A stretch of DNA of 32,000 bases from Geobacter sulfurreducens PCA. Its GTDB lineage: Bacteria; Desulfobacterota; Desulfuromonadia; Geobacterales; Geobacteraceae. A program made the translations under genes and the position numbers. The notes beneath the pieces were generated by a model. That model saw nothing but the letters and a program-made list of their open reading frames with translations, was not told where the DNA came from and did not search any database. Location: the NCBI RefSeq assembly GCF_000007985.2, contig NC_002939.5:2430001-2462000 (forward strand), written 5' to 3'. The first letter of the stretch is position 1. Each line of letters begins with the position of its first letter. Shown in pieces: positions 1 through 9,004 of the stretch.

Positions 1-154
1 GGTCCGGTTTCAAGTCGATAATTTTGCGGATACCCTCCTCGCCGTCGGTGGCATACCCGATCACCTCCACCTCGGGCATGCTTTCGAGCATCTTGGTGAT
101 GGCGCGGCGGCTGTAGGCCGAATCGTCGATGACCACGACCCTGATCTTTCTCAT
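1..154 (-). CDS. cheB: Response-regulator receiver, probable CheB methylesterase (5' end only; gene runs off the window)
   Basis: Not in the ORF track because it is truncated. My minus-strand translation from ATG 152-154 is [51 protein letters not shown], a CheB-type receiver N-terminus. Its start overlaps the cheR stop as ATGA (151-154). Only the receiver is visible, so CheB identity is inferred from the position after cheR. Confidence 0.6.
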   Translation of the reverse strand, partial: MRKIRVVVIDDSAYSRRAITKMLESMPEVEVIGYATDGEEGIRKIIDLKPD

Positions 155-1020
155 GGCCGGCCTCCCGGAGGGAGAGGTTTCTGGTAGACCATGTCGTTCT
201 TCAGGTGCTTGAGGGCAAACGCCGTGGATATGTTCATCAGCGATTCGGAATGGCCGAGCAACAGGTAGCCTCCGTCCCGCAGGACGCGGTGGAAGGAATC
301 AATCACCGTCTTGCGGGCGGCCTGGTCGAAGTAGATGATGACGTTGCGGCAGAAGATAACGTCCATGCGGCCCAGAAGCGCGATGCGGTTGGTATCGAGA
401 AGGTTGAGGTGGCTGATGGTGACCAGTTCGCGGACCCTGTCGTTGACCCGGAACATGCCGTCCTGTTCGGTGAAGTAGCGGCGGACATATCCCTCGTCGG
501 TGACCCGGAACGATGACTTGCCGTAGACCCCCTTGCGGGCCTGCTGAATCACCCGCTGGCTGATGTCGGTTCCGATGATTTCCACGTGCCAGCCGGCAAA
601 GCCACCCATTTCCAGCAGAAGCATGGCAATGGTGTATGGCTCCTCGCCACTGGAGCAGCCGGCGCTCCAGATCCGGAGCGTCCGGTCGCCGGCCTTGGCC
701 TTGGCGTCGCGGATTTCAGGGATTATCTCCTGGGTGAAGGCTTTGAGCTGGAACGCCTCGCGGAAGAAATAGGTCTCGTTGGTGGTGAGGACATCCATGA
801 TGTCCGAGAGTTCCTGGTCCTTCTTCCGGTTGTAGCGGAGGAAATGGTAGTAGTCCCGGAACCCCGACAGCTGGTGCAGTTGCACCCTCTTGGCCAGGCG
901 CTTTTCCAGAAGATAGGCCGAGTCGCTGTCGAAGAAGAGACCGCAGTGGCTGTAAATGAGGTCCCGGATGAGGCGGAACTCCTCATCTGACATGGGTATT
1001 TCGGGCTCGAAGGTAAACAT
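151..1020 (-). CDS. cheR: Chemotaxis protein methyltransferase CheR
   Basis: 289 aa. N-terminal CheR helical domain ([16 protein letters not shown]). SAM-methyltransferase motifs [24 protein letters not shown] and [12 protein letters not shown] at 1018-1020 overlaps the upstream stop (TAATG). Confidence 0.93.
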   Translation of the reverse strand: MFTFEPEIPMSDEEFRLIRDLIYSHCGLFFDSDSAYLLEKRLAKRVQLHQLSGFRDYYHFLRYNRKKDQELSDIMDVLTTNETYFFREAFQLKAFTQEIIPEIRDAKAKAGDRTLRIWSAGCSSGEEPYTIAMLLLEMGGFAGWHVEIIGTDISQRVIQQARKGVYGKSSFRVTDEGYVRRYFTEQDGMFRVNDRVRELVTISHLNLLDTNRIALLGRMDVIFCRNVIIYFDQAARKTVIDSFHRVLRDGGYLLLGHSESLMNISTAFALKHLKNDMVYQKPLPPGGRP

Positions 1021-3023
1021 TAGCGCAGACCGCCGAGCAGAGTTTGGAGTTCGTCGCGCACCAGTTCATCCTGCTCTCGCTGGAGGGCGACAGTGAGGTG
1101 CGGCATCGCCTCGCGGCCCAGAAGACGGGTCATGGCCCTGGCGAAACTGATCCGGACATCCCAGTGGGAATGGCTCAGGAGGCGATCCCGATAGGCATTC
1201 ACCCAATCGCTGCCGTCGTTCGCCAGCAGATCGATCGCCACCTTGACCACCTCTTCGTCGCTGCTATCAAGCCCACGCTTCACCAGACGCACCGCCCGAT
1301 CGCCCTCGATCTCGGAGAGCGTCTCCAGGGCCGTGATCATCACCACCCCATCGGCGGAATCGATCAGCCGCTCGATAGCGTCAAGTGACCGCTCCCCGCC
1401 GATCCGGCCAAGGCTCCTCAGGGAGGCGCACCGGACCCACGGATCCTCATCATCCAGGGACAGGATCAGGGGTTCCACCGCCTCACCCCCGCCGATCTCG
1501 CCGAGGCCCGAGGCTGCCGCGATCCTCACGTCCGGGTCTTCGTCCACCAGTGCCATCACCAGATTGGACACGCTTTCTGGGAGATGCTGATCCGCCAGGG
1601 CCGACACGGCGCTGCGCCGCACCAGGGGGTCTTCATCCTTCATCAGGAGCGCCAGACGGTCCGCATCGCCCAGGGAAGCGTAAAGCCGAACCGCGTCGTG
1701 CCGCGAACCGGTGGCTGGCGAATCGGCGAGTTTACGGGCTATGGCCCTCACTCCGGCCGGCTCGGCCGGGGCAAGGCGGATGAGGCCATTAATGGCCCCT
1801 TCGCGCACATCGTGCTCCCGGTCATCAAGCAGGGCCGCGATGGACCCCATCAGGGACAAGATACCGATCTTCCCCGCCGCCACGGCAGCAGCCTTGCGCA
1901 TCATGGGCCGGGTGCTCTCCATGGCCGCACCGAGGAGATCGGCACACCCGGTGAAGCCGAGCTCACCCCAAACCTGGATGATGATCGACTTTTCCTCGTC
2001 GTCCGCCGCAGGATAGGCGGCCGCCAGGGCCTCCATCCCCCGCTCGCCCATGGTGCGCAATCCCTGGAGACAGAGCCTTCTGAGCCGTTCGTCCCGACAT
2101 CCCTGCAGAAGGGGCAAGGCGGCGCGGGCATCGCCGATGTAACCGAGAACCCGGATCAGCGCGTCACGTACCCCCTGATCCGTGGTATCCAGTGAGCCGA
2201 GCAGTCCATCGACCACGGCAGAGCCCGTGAGCCGCGCCAAGGCATCATCAACGCACCTGGCCGCCGCGGCGCCGGCGAGACGGCCCCGCAGACGGATAAT
2301 GGCGCAGGCAGCCGCCTCCCGCACGGCACGGACACGGTCGCCGAGCCCTTCCACCAGGAGCGGTACCGCTTCGGCATCGCCCACGGCACCGAGACACTCG
2401 ATCACCGGCCGCTTCAGAATACCGTCCGACGCGTGGGGGGTAAGGATGTTCACCGGCACCGGTTCGCCGATGCGGGTCAGGGCGCCGAGGATTGAGTAGC
2501 TGAACCAGACATCGTTCTTGCCGAGGGCGGCCAGCAGCGGCGCAACAGCACGCAGATCGCCGATCTTGCCGAGGTTTTCCGCGGCAGCGGCCGAAACGTT
2601 GGGGTCCGGGTCGTCAAGGGCGTCGATCAGGGCGGGGATACTTGACCGGTCGCCGATGGTGCCAAGGATGTCGACCACAAACTTGCGGACGTCGCGGTCG
2701 TCATCCTTGAGGTGAGTGAGCAGCGCAGGCACGGCCCTCGACTCCAGCCCTTCGAGCACCTCGACGGCCGAATTGCGCAGACCGGCATTGTCCACCGACG
2801 AGAGCAGCCCGATGATCCCCTCGATGGTTCCCTCATCCGGGCACATGCCGAGCAGGAGAGACACTGCCTCTTTGCGCACCCGCCAGCTGACGTCACCCAT
2901 GGCGACGAAGAGCGGTTCGCGGGCATTGGCAAGAGGAACGGCCGCCAGGTCGAGCACGGCCCGACGCCTTGTCTCTTCGTCGGTCGATTGGAGGTCGGCA
3001 TTTACGGTTTCCAGAACAGCCAC
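1020..3023 (-). CDS. HEAT-repeat (PBS-lyase-like) protein, 667 aa
   Basis: GTG start at 3021-3023 with AAGGAG 7 nt upstream. More than 10 tandem units of the type D-x-D/E-x-x-VR-x-x-A-x-x-x-LG-x-IG, for example DDRDVRKFVVDILGTIGD, DPDPNVSAAAAENLGKIGD, DEDPDVRIAAASGLGEIGG and DEDPWVRCASLRSLGRIGG. No catalytic motif recognised. Confidence 0.85.
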   Translation of the reverse strand: MAVLETVNADLQSTDEETRRRAVLDLAAVPLANAREPLFVAMGDVSWRVRKEAVSLLLGMCPDEGTIEGIIGLLSSVDNAGLRNSAVEVLEGLESRAVPALLTHLKDDDRDVRKFVVDILGTIGDRSSIPALIDALDDPDPNVSAAAAENLGKIGDLRAVAPLLAALGKNDVWFSYSILGALTRIGEPVPVNILTPHASDGILKRPVIECLGAVGDAEAVPLLVEGLGDRVRAVREAAACAIIRLRGRLAGAAAARCVDDALARLTGSAVVDGLLGSLDTTDQGVRDALIRVLGYIGDARAALPLLQGCRDERLRRLCLQGLRTMGERGMEALAAAYPAADDEEKSIIIQVWGELGFTGCADLLGAAMESTRPMMRKAAAVAAGKIGILSLMGSIAALLDDREHDVREGAINGLIRLAPAEPAGVRAIARKLADSPATGSRHDAVRLYASLGDADRLALLMKDEDPLVRRSAVSALADQHLPESVSNLVMALVDEDPDVRIAAASGLGEIGGGEAVEPLILSLDDEDPWVRCASLRSLGRIGGERSLDAIERLIDSADGVVMITALETLSEIEGDRAVRLVKRGLDSSDEEVVKVAIDLLANDGSDWVNAYRDRLLSHSHWDVRISFARAMTRLLGREAMPHLTVALQREQDELVRDELQTLLGGLR

Positions 3024-3050
3024 GCACGTGCTCCTTGCGTTGATTATCAG

Positions 3051-4001
3051 TTACAGGCCGAGTTCTCTCCTGATCGTGCCGATGAACTCGGCGAACGCAT
3101 CATCCAGGTATGACGTTCCGGCACGGACATCGCCGGGCACTCTGTTCTCGTAGAGGGAGCGCCCTTCGGCCACGTCCTCGGCAAGCAGCTCGAAGAAGGT
3201 GCCGTTGCGGACTCCTTCCCGCACGAGGTCGCGATTATAAAGTGCGATATCCGAAACAATGAGCCGGGCAAGCCGGCGGGCCTTATGATGCTCATCGGCG
3301 AGTGTCGGTTCGTCCCCGCCATATTCGTCGTTGCGGGCGTCTCCGCAGTGTTGCGCCCCTGAGTCCCCGCCGGGAGGCGCTTGTTCTCCGGGAACCATTG
3401 TCGGGCCATCTTCCCGGGGAGGAGCTCCCCCGCGGAGCGGCGACGTTTCAGGCGTCGTGCCCGCCAGGAGCCGGCGGACGCGGGCGGGCAATTCGTCCGG
3501 AATATGGTGCTTCTCCAGATAGTCGTCCGCTCCGTGGAGCGACTCGGGAGCACGCTTGTACTTCGCCTTGTCATAAATGGAGGCGACGAGAATGATCTTG
3601 ATGTCCGCCGTGGCTGGCGAACCCTTTACCGCTTCACATATCTCGAAGGCGAACATCCCGGGGAGCGCCGCATCGAGAATAGCCACCCGGGGATGCCGCT
3701 CAAGGATTATCGCATAAGCGCCGGCACCGTCGGCCGCCTCAAGAACCTCGAACGGTTCACCGGCCAGAGCCTGTCGGACAGTATTGCGGAAAACCGAATT
3801 TTCATGGGCCACGAGAACCCGCGTCACGGTCTCCGTGGTGGACGGCTGGTGCGGGATGCGCGGGGAGGCTTTTCCCCGCACCTTGAAGACGGTGCGGCAC
3901 GAACTGCACCGCAATGTTACTCCCCCGTCCGGGATCCGAGCTCCGTCAAGCCGGTACCGCGCCTGGCAGACAGGACACCCTGCGATGATCACATCCGCCA
4001 T
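3051..4001 (-). CDS. Zinc-ribbon (MJ0042-type) protein with a receiver-like domain and an uncharacterised C-terminal domain
   Basis: The track start at 4004 is TTG. The next codon is ATG (3999-4001), which overlaps the cheW stop (TGATG). N-terminal CPVC-x19-CSSC zinc ribbon. The receiver-like core is RVLVAHENSVF...VAILDAALPGM...IILVAS...YLEKH: the phospho-Asp position is kept, but the usual N-terminal acidic DD pair reads HE. A Gly/Pro-rich linker follows. The C-terminal ~80 aa (ARRLARLIVSDIALYNRDLVREGV...) is a domain I cannot name. Confidence 0.8.
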   Translation of the reverse strand: MADVIIAGCPVCQARYRLDGARIPDGGVTLRCSSCRTVFKVRGKASPRIPHQPSTTETVTRVLVAHENSVFRNTVRQALAGEPFEVLEAADGAGAYAIILERHPRVAILDAALPGMFAFEICEAVKGSPATADIKIILVASIYDKAKYKRAPESLHGADDYLEKHHIPDELPARVRRLLAGTTPETSPLRGGAPPREDGPTMVPGEQAPPGGDSGAQHCGDARNDEYGGDEPTLADEHHKARRLARLIVSDIALYNRDLVREGVRNGTFFELLAEDVAEGRSLYENRVPGDVRAGTSYLDDAFAEFIGTIRRELGL

Positions 4002-4477
4002 CAACGCCCCGTCCCGGCAAGGCCGGCAATGGCCGACGCTTCGCGGCTCGTCAGGATGCGATCGAGATTGACGAGCATGACCAGGGTATCCCGCACCAGG
4101 CAGACACCGATCAGGTACTCGGCACTGACCCCGTCGATGGAATGGGGGGGTGGCTTGATGTCACCCACCTGCACCGTGACCACCTCGGTCACGTCATCAA
4201 CCACGAGCCCCACCAACTGCCGGCTCACCCCAACCACGAGAAGGCGGGCCTCCTCAAGCGCCACCCGCTCGGGCAATTCGAACCGCTTGCGCAGATCGAT
4301 GACCGGAATCACCATGCCCCTGAGATTGATGACTCCTTCCACAAAGGCCGGCGCCTTGGGGAGCTTCGTCAGCTTCTGGGGGCGGATGATCTCCTTGATC
4401 CGCATGATATCGGCGGCAAAGGTGGCGTCGCCGAGGCGGAAGCAGGCGAGCTGTATTTCCTGGATGTCGGTTTCCAT
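4001..4477 (-). CDS. cheW: Chemotaxis coupling protein CheW
   Basis: 158 aa, single CheW domain (FRLGDATFAADIMRIKEIIRPQKLTKLPKAPAFVEGVINLRGMVIPVIDLRKRF). AAGGA Shine-Dalgarno sequence upstream of ATG 4475-4477. Confidence 0.92.
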   Translation of the reverse strand: METDIQEIQLACFRLGDATFAADIMRIKEIIRPQKLTKLPKAPAFVEGVINLRGMVIPVIDLRKRFELPERVALEEARLLVVGVSRQLVGLVVDDVTEVVTVQVGDIKPPPHSIDGVSAEYLIGVCLVRDTLVMLVNLDRILTSREASAIAGLAGTGR

Positions 4478-4531
4478 GCGTATCCTTCGGGAGCGTGGGT
4501 CTGATACGTATGCGAAGGGCGGCCGGCAGCG

Positions 4532-4909
4532 TCAGGCAGCCAGAAGTCCCTGAATGATCTCGATGATCCGGGCCGACTTGAACGGCTTGGTCACGTAAGC
4601 GGAAGCACCGGCCTCCAGCCCCTTGTCACGGTCCTGGGTGCTTTTCTTGGCAGTGAGCATAACCACCGGGATGTGGCGGGTTGACGGGTCGGCCTTGATC
4701 ATCTGGCAGACCTCGAAGCCATCCATTCCCGGCAACATGATATCGAGAATGATCAGGTCGGGAGGTGTGGCTGCAATATAGTCAAGGGCGGACTTGCCGT
4801 CGGTAACCCCTGCCACGGCGTAACCGCGGGAAGACAGCAGAATGCTTTCAAGTTTGAGCAGACTCTCTTCATCTTCGACGATCAGAATCCTTTTCTTTTC
4901 CATCGGCAT
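4532..4909 (-). CDS. cheY: Single-domain response regulator (CheY-like)
   Basis: 125 aa. Canonical receiver residues are present: ILIVEDEE, IILDIMLPGMDG, VVMLTA, YVTKPF. An AGGAGG sits just upstream, and its spacing favours the in-frame ATG at 4901-4903 (MEKKRIL...) as the true start. Confidence 0.9.
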   Translation of the reverse strand: MPMEKKRILIVEDEESLLKLESILLSSRGYAVAGVTDGKSALDYIAATPPDLIILDIMLPGMDGFEVCQMIKADPSTRHIPVVMLTAKKSTQDRDKGLEAGASAYVTKPFKSARIIEIIQGLLAA

Positions 4910-4922
4910 ACCCTCCTGGGTA

Positions 4923-5681
4923 TTACATCAATGCTGAATCGAGCACCTTTTCCAGCTGAAGCAGTATGATTATTCCGCCGTCATGGCGGCCTATGCCGTT
5001 GACAAATTCACGATCCATGCCATCGAGTACGGCAGGCGGATGCTCGATGGTTGCAACCGGTATCTTGACTACCTGGGTAACCTCGTCCACCAGAAGACCG
5101 CACAATCCCTCTCCGTGCTTGACGACGACAATCCGCTCCTTCCCGCGGGCCACGGCATCGGCCAGGCCGAGACGCTCACGCAGGATGAACACGGGAATGA
5201 TGATGCCGCGCAACGACAGAACCCCGGCGACAAACGGCGGTGAATGGGGCACCTCGGTGGTCTCCCGGGGTTTGATGATCTCCTTCAACTCCATGATATC
5301 GATGCCATAGGTCTCGTCGGCCACCCGGAAGCACAGGACTTCCAGATAGGTTTCCGTTTCCCTGGCGGGTTCTGCCTCTGTATCGGAGACAAGGTCTTCC
5401 ACCAGGGCCGCCCGGCGCCCCTGGAGGATAAGCGCCAGAGGGTCGAGAACGGGCGGAGCGGCCGCCGGCACGGAAGCCGGTACCGGAAGGGCAGCATCAT
5501 CGGGAGCGAATACATCGTCGGAAAGCTCCTGGAACTCCGGGACCACCGGCGCTGAAGGTGCGTCGGCAGCGGGCCGGGACGGTTCCGGTCGGGGCTCCCG
5601 CCGCACGTCGCCCGTCGACGCGGCTCCCCCCTGCTGGCGGTCACGCTGGGCCTTTCTACGTATCTCGGCGATATCCATCAT
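4923..5681 (-). CDS. cheW: CheW-domain protein with a ~100-aa Pro/Ala-rich N-terminal extension
   Basis: 252 aa. Residues ~1-110 are low complexity (PRPEPSRPAADAPSAPVVPE...PVPASVPAAAPPVLDP). The C-terminal CheW domain reads FRVADETYGIDIMELKEIIKPRETTEVPHSPPFVAGVLSLRGIIIPVFILRERL. GAGGG Shine-Dalgarno sequence 10 nt upstream. Confidence 0.9.
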   Translation of the reverse strand: MMDIAEIRRKAQRDRQQGGAASTGDVRREPRPEPSRPAADAPSAPVVPEFQELSDDVFAPDDAALPVPASVPAAAPPVLDPLALILQGRRAALVEDLVSDTEAEPARETETYLEVLCFRVADETYGIDIMELKEIIKPRETTEVPHSPPFVAGVLSLRGIIIPVFILRERLGLADAVARGKERIVVVKHGEGLCGLLVDEVTQVVKIPVATIEHPPAVLDGMDREFVNGIGRHDGGIIILLQLEKVLDSALM

Positions 5682-5737
5682 ATCCGTTTTCCCTCGCCAT
5701 GCAAGTTACGACGGCTCCCCACGGAAGCTGTGAGCTG

Positions 5738-6541
5738 TCAGTACAGGTTCGCCTCATCCCGCAACTCCTCCACCAGAGAGGCGTCGATCCACGCCGCATC
5801 CCTGCCGTAGCCGACCAGCAAGGCATTGGTTGCCAGGATATTGATCTTGCGCGGCACGCCGCCCGAAAGTTCATGAATCCGCTGCACCGCGTCCGGGGAA
5901 AAAAGCCCCGGCGTCCCCCCGGCCACTTCGAGCCTGAAATCAATATACTCCAGAGTCTCGTCGAGGCTGAGGGGCTGAAGGTGGTAATGGAGTGCAATCC
6001 GCTGCCGCAGGGGCTCATGGACCGGGTCGGCCAGGATCTGACGCAGCTCGGGCTGTCCCATGAGGACGACGCTCATGAGGTTCTGGTCGTCCAGCTGGTA
6101 GTTGGTGAGAAGCCTGATCTCATCGAACACGTCACGGTCCGGGATGAGCTGGGCCTCGTCCACCACGATCACCGGACAGCGCCCCTCGGCATGCATCAGG
6201 TAGAGCGTTTCCGTGAGTTGTTTCAACAGTTCGTCCTTGGCCCCCGCAGGATTGTCGATCCCAAGGCTCCGGGCGATGACCCGCAGAAACTCCAGCGGCG
6301 AGAGGCGGGGGTTGAAGATGAAGCAGAAGCGGCACGCCTCGCCCATGGCATCCATGAGCGCCCGGGAAATGGTGGTCTTGCCGCAGCCGATATCGCCGGT
6401 CAACAGGGCCAGCTCCCGCTCCTCCACGGCGTACTGAAGCCGCGCAAGGGCCTCCCGGTGCCCCCGCGACAGGAAGAGGTAGCGCGGATCGGGGGTCTTG
6501 GAAAACGGCTTTTCCCGCAATCCATAGAATTCCCGGTACAT
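5738..6541 (-). CDS. AAA ATPase of the ExeA/GspA/MshM-like (AAA_22) type
   Basis: 267 aa. N-terminal FYGLREKPFSKTPDPRYLF signature typical of ExeA/MshM. Walker A is LLTGDIGCGKTT and Walker B is VIVVDEAQ. There is no C-terminal peptidoglycan-binding or membrane segment. ATG 6539-6541 abuts the cheA stop TAA 6542-6544. Confidence 0.85.
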   Translation of the reverse strand: MYREFYGLREKPFSKTPDPRYLFLSRGHREALARLQYAVEERELALLTGDIGCGKTTISRALMDAMGEACRFCFIFNPRLSPLEFLRVIARSLGIDNPAGAKDELLKQLTETLYLMHAEGRCPVIVVDEAQLIPDRDVFDEIRLLTNYQLDDQNLMSVVLMGQPELRQILADPVHEPLRQRIALHYHLQPLSLDETLEYIDFRLEVAGGTPGLFSPDAVQRIHELSGGVPRKINILATNALLVGYGRDAAWIDASLVEELRDEANLY

Positions 6542-8620
6542 TTACCCCCCGCTCCGCAGGGCTTCGCCGATGATCCCCCCCACATCCATGACGAGGATCG
6601 TCCTCTGGTCGCCCAGGTCGGCGGCGCCCGATATCCCCTTGTACCCCTTGAACATGTCGCCCAGTGACTTGATGACGATGTCCTGCTGCCCCACCAGATC
6701 GTCCACGATGATGCCCAGCCGTTTTTCGGCCACGCCGACCACTACCACATAGAAGCTGCCGGGCGGTGGAGTCTCGCGCTTGACCTTGAAAAAACGCTCC
6801 AGCCGCACCAGCGGCAGAGTGGTCTCCCGAAGCTGGTACACCTCTTTCCGTTCCACGGTAAGGATTTCCCGCTCCTCCACAATGATCGTTTCCAGCACCG
6901 ACGTGATCGGAATCGCGTAGGTCCGGTCCGCAGTGAGGACCAACAGTGCCTTGATGATGGCGAGGGTGATCGGCAGAGTTATGATGATCCGGCTCCCCTT
7001 GCCGAATTCGCTTTCGATGTCGACCATGCCCGACACGGCGGCGATGTTGCTCTTCACCACGTCCATGCCGACGCCCCGGCCCGAGAGTTCACTCACCTTG
7101 TCCGCCGTGGAAAAGCCGGGGAGGAAGATGAAGTCGAGGGCGTCCCGGTCGCTCACCCCCTCCAGGGTCTTGATGAGCCCCTTCTCCAGGGCCTTCTGCT
7201 TGACTTTCTCGATGTTGAAGCCCCGGCCGTCGTCGGCCACCTCGATGACGACGTGGTTGCCTTTCTGGTAGGAAGAAAGCCTGATCGTTCCCCGCTCGGG
7301 CTTGCCGGCGGCAATCCGTTCCTCGGGAGTTTCCAGCCCGTGATCGATGGCATTGCGGATGATGTGGACCATCGGGTCCGAAATATCCTCAATGATCAGC
7401 TTGTCCAGCTCGGTGTCTGCGCCGAACAGCTTGAGATCGACCTTTTTACCCTGCTCCCGGGACACCTTCCGAACAATGCGGGACATTTTTTCGAACAGCT
7501 GTCCCACCGGGATCATCCGGATTTCCATGACCCCCTTCTGGAGCTCGGTCAGCTTGCGGTCAAGCCCCTTTGCGGCCTTGCCCAGCTCGATGGCGAGAGA
7601 TGAGAACCCCGCCAGCCTCATGCGGGTGGTAATATCTGCAATGGTGGAGTGGGAAAGGACCAGTTCCCCCACGATGTTCATGAGTTCGTCAAGCTTCCCG
7701 ATGTCGACCCGGACCGTGCGGCTCATGCTCTTGGCAGTCAGTTGATCATCAATACCGGCCGGCATTGTGGCAGGCGTTGCCAGCACCGGAACGGACGGCA
7801 ACGGGGAGGACGGCGGCGGGGAAGCCGGGGCTGCGACGGGCAGGGCAGAGCGCTCTTCCGGCTGGGCGGCAGAGCCGTAGTGGATGATGGTGAGCCCGTC
7901 CCGGTCGAGCAGTGCGGTCAGACCTTCTTCGTCCAAGTCGGTGCCGAAGAGGATGTCGAAATCTATGAAGGATTCGGGGGAAGTGCTGGCGCTCGGCAGG
8001 GTACTGACGACCTCACCCTCTTTTTTGAGCGTGTCGGAGATTTCTCCCAGGTCCTGGTCAAAAGACATGAGACTGAACGATGCATGGATGGAAAAGATGT
8101 TCCGACGCTTTTTCACATTTTCCAACAGGCGGTGTTCTTCGTACTCCGTCAGGGAGCTGAGGACCTTCTCGGGCATGCCCAGTTCCCTGAGGGGTGAAAC
8201 TTCCTGGGCTTCCCGGGCCGAGGCGCAGGCATTGAGTCGTGATACGGCATCCTCGATTGCTGCGCTGTGATCCTCGCCGCTGCCGATGCTGCGGATAATC
8301 CCGCTCAGCAGCTCCATGGAATCGAACAGCACGTTCATGGTTTCGGGGGTGAGGGGGATTTTGCCGAGCCGCAGGGAGTCGAGCAGGTTCTCCAGGTTGT
8401 GGGACAGGGACTGGATCTCCGTAAAGCCGAACATCCCAGCCAGTCCCTTGAGAGAGTGGGAGCCACGGAAAATGGCGTTCAGGAGATCAGGGTCGCATTC
8501 ACCGCTGTCGGCACAGTCGCTGAGAGTGACCAGGTCGGTATTGAGCTTCTCGACAATCTCTTCGGCCTCGGCCAGAAAATCATCAACGGCCCTGCCTGAT
8601 GCGTCGTGCGTGTTGGTCAT
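6542..8620 (-). CDS. cheA: Chemotaxis histidine kinase CheA
   Basis: Hpt/P1 domain (FRGSHSLKGLAGMFGF), dimerisation region, HATPase (IRNAIDHGLE, DDGRGF, GRGVGMDVV), and a C-terminal CheW-like P5 domain. There is no fused receiver. The track start at 8632 is GTG. The in-frame ATG at 8618-8620 has GGAGG 5 nt upstream, so I prefer it (692 aa). Confidence 0.93.
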   Translation of the reverse strand: MTNTHDASGRAVDDFLAEAEEIVEKLNTDLVTLSDCADSGECDPDLLNAIFRGSHSLKGLAGMFGFTEIQSLSHNLENLLDSLRLGKIPLTPETMNVLFDSMELLSGIIRSIGSGEDHSAAIEDAVSRLNACASAREAQEVSPLRELGMPEKVLSSLTEYEEHRLLENVKKRRNIFSIHASFSLMSFDQDLGEISDTLKKEGEVVSTLPSASTSPESFIDFDILFGTDLDEEGLTALLDRDGLTIIHYGSAAQPEERSALPVAAPASPPPSSPLPSVPVLATPATMPAGIDDQLTAKSMSRTVRVDIGKLDELMNIVGELVLSHSTIADITTRMRLAGFSSLAIELGKAAKGLDRKLTELQKGVMEIRMIPVGQLFEKMSRIVRKVSREQGKKVDLKLFGADTELDKLIIEDISDPMVHIIRNAIDHGLETPEERIAAGKPERGTIRLSSYQKGNHVVIEVADDGRGFNIEKVKQKALEKGLIKTLEGVSDRDALDFIFLPGFSTADKVSELSGRGVGMDVVKSNIAAVSGMVDIESEFGKGSRIIITLPITLAIIKALLVLTADRTYAIPITSVLETIIVEEREILTVERKEVYQLRETTLPLVRLERFFKVKRETPPPGSFYVVVVGVAEKRLGIIVDDLVGQQDIVIKSLGDMFKGYKGISGAADLGDQRTILVMDVGGIIGEALRSGG

Positions 8621-8638
8621 GGAACCCTCCACCTCTAC

Positions 8639-9004
8639 TCAGGAGGTGTACTTGACGATCAGATCCTGGAGACGGGCCGGGTCGAACGGCTTGACGAGAT
8701 ATTCGTTCGCCCCGAGCGACAGCCCCTTTTCCCGGTCCCGCTCACTCCCTTCGGTTGAAATGATAAAGAGCGGGATGTGCCTGTAATTGTCGCTGGTGCG
8801 GACAAAGCTCACCAGCTCAAGCCCGTTGATGTCGGGCATGTTGATATCGGTGATGATCAGGTCGAGCCGCTCGCGGGGAAGCAGGCGCAACGCCTCGAAT
8901 CCGCTGGAGGCCTCGACGACCTCGAACCCATCCAGCGACTGGATGGTGGCCACCAGCATCGATCGCATGGTGGCAGAGTCTTCGGCAATCAGAATCCTCT
9001 TCAC
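8639..9004 (-). CDS. cheY: Single-domain response regulator (CheY-like)
   Basis: 121 aa: ILIAEDSATMR, LIITDINMPDINGLE, FIISTE, YLVKPF. The GTG start at 9002-9004 overlaps the upstream stop (GTGA). Confidence 0.9.
   Translation of the reverse strand: MKRILIAEDSATMRSMLVATIQSLDGFEVVEASSGFEALRLLPRERLDLIITDINMPDINGLELVSFVRTSDNYRHIPLFIISTEGSERDREKGLSLGANEYLVKPFDPARLQDLIVKYTS

Noticed and set aside
3381-6667. Plus-strand ORFs of 390 aa (3381-4553) and 369 aa (5558-6667), plus several ORFs of 100-130 aa
   Set aside because: Antisense to the zinc-ribbon/cheW genes and to the cheW/ATPase/cheA genes. Their translations are Arg-rich junk that crosses gene boundaries of the minus-strand operon.
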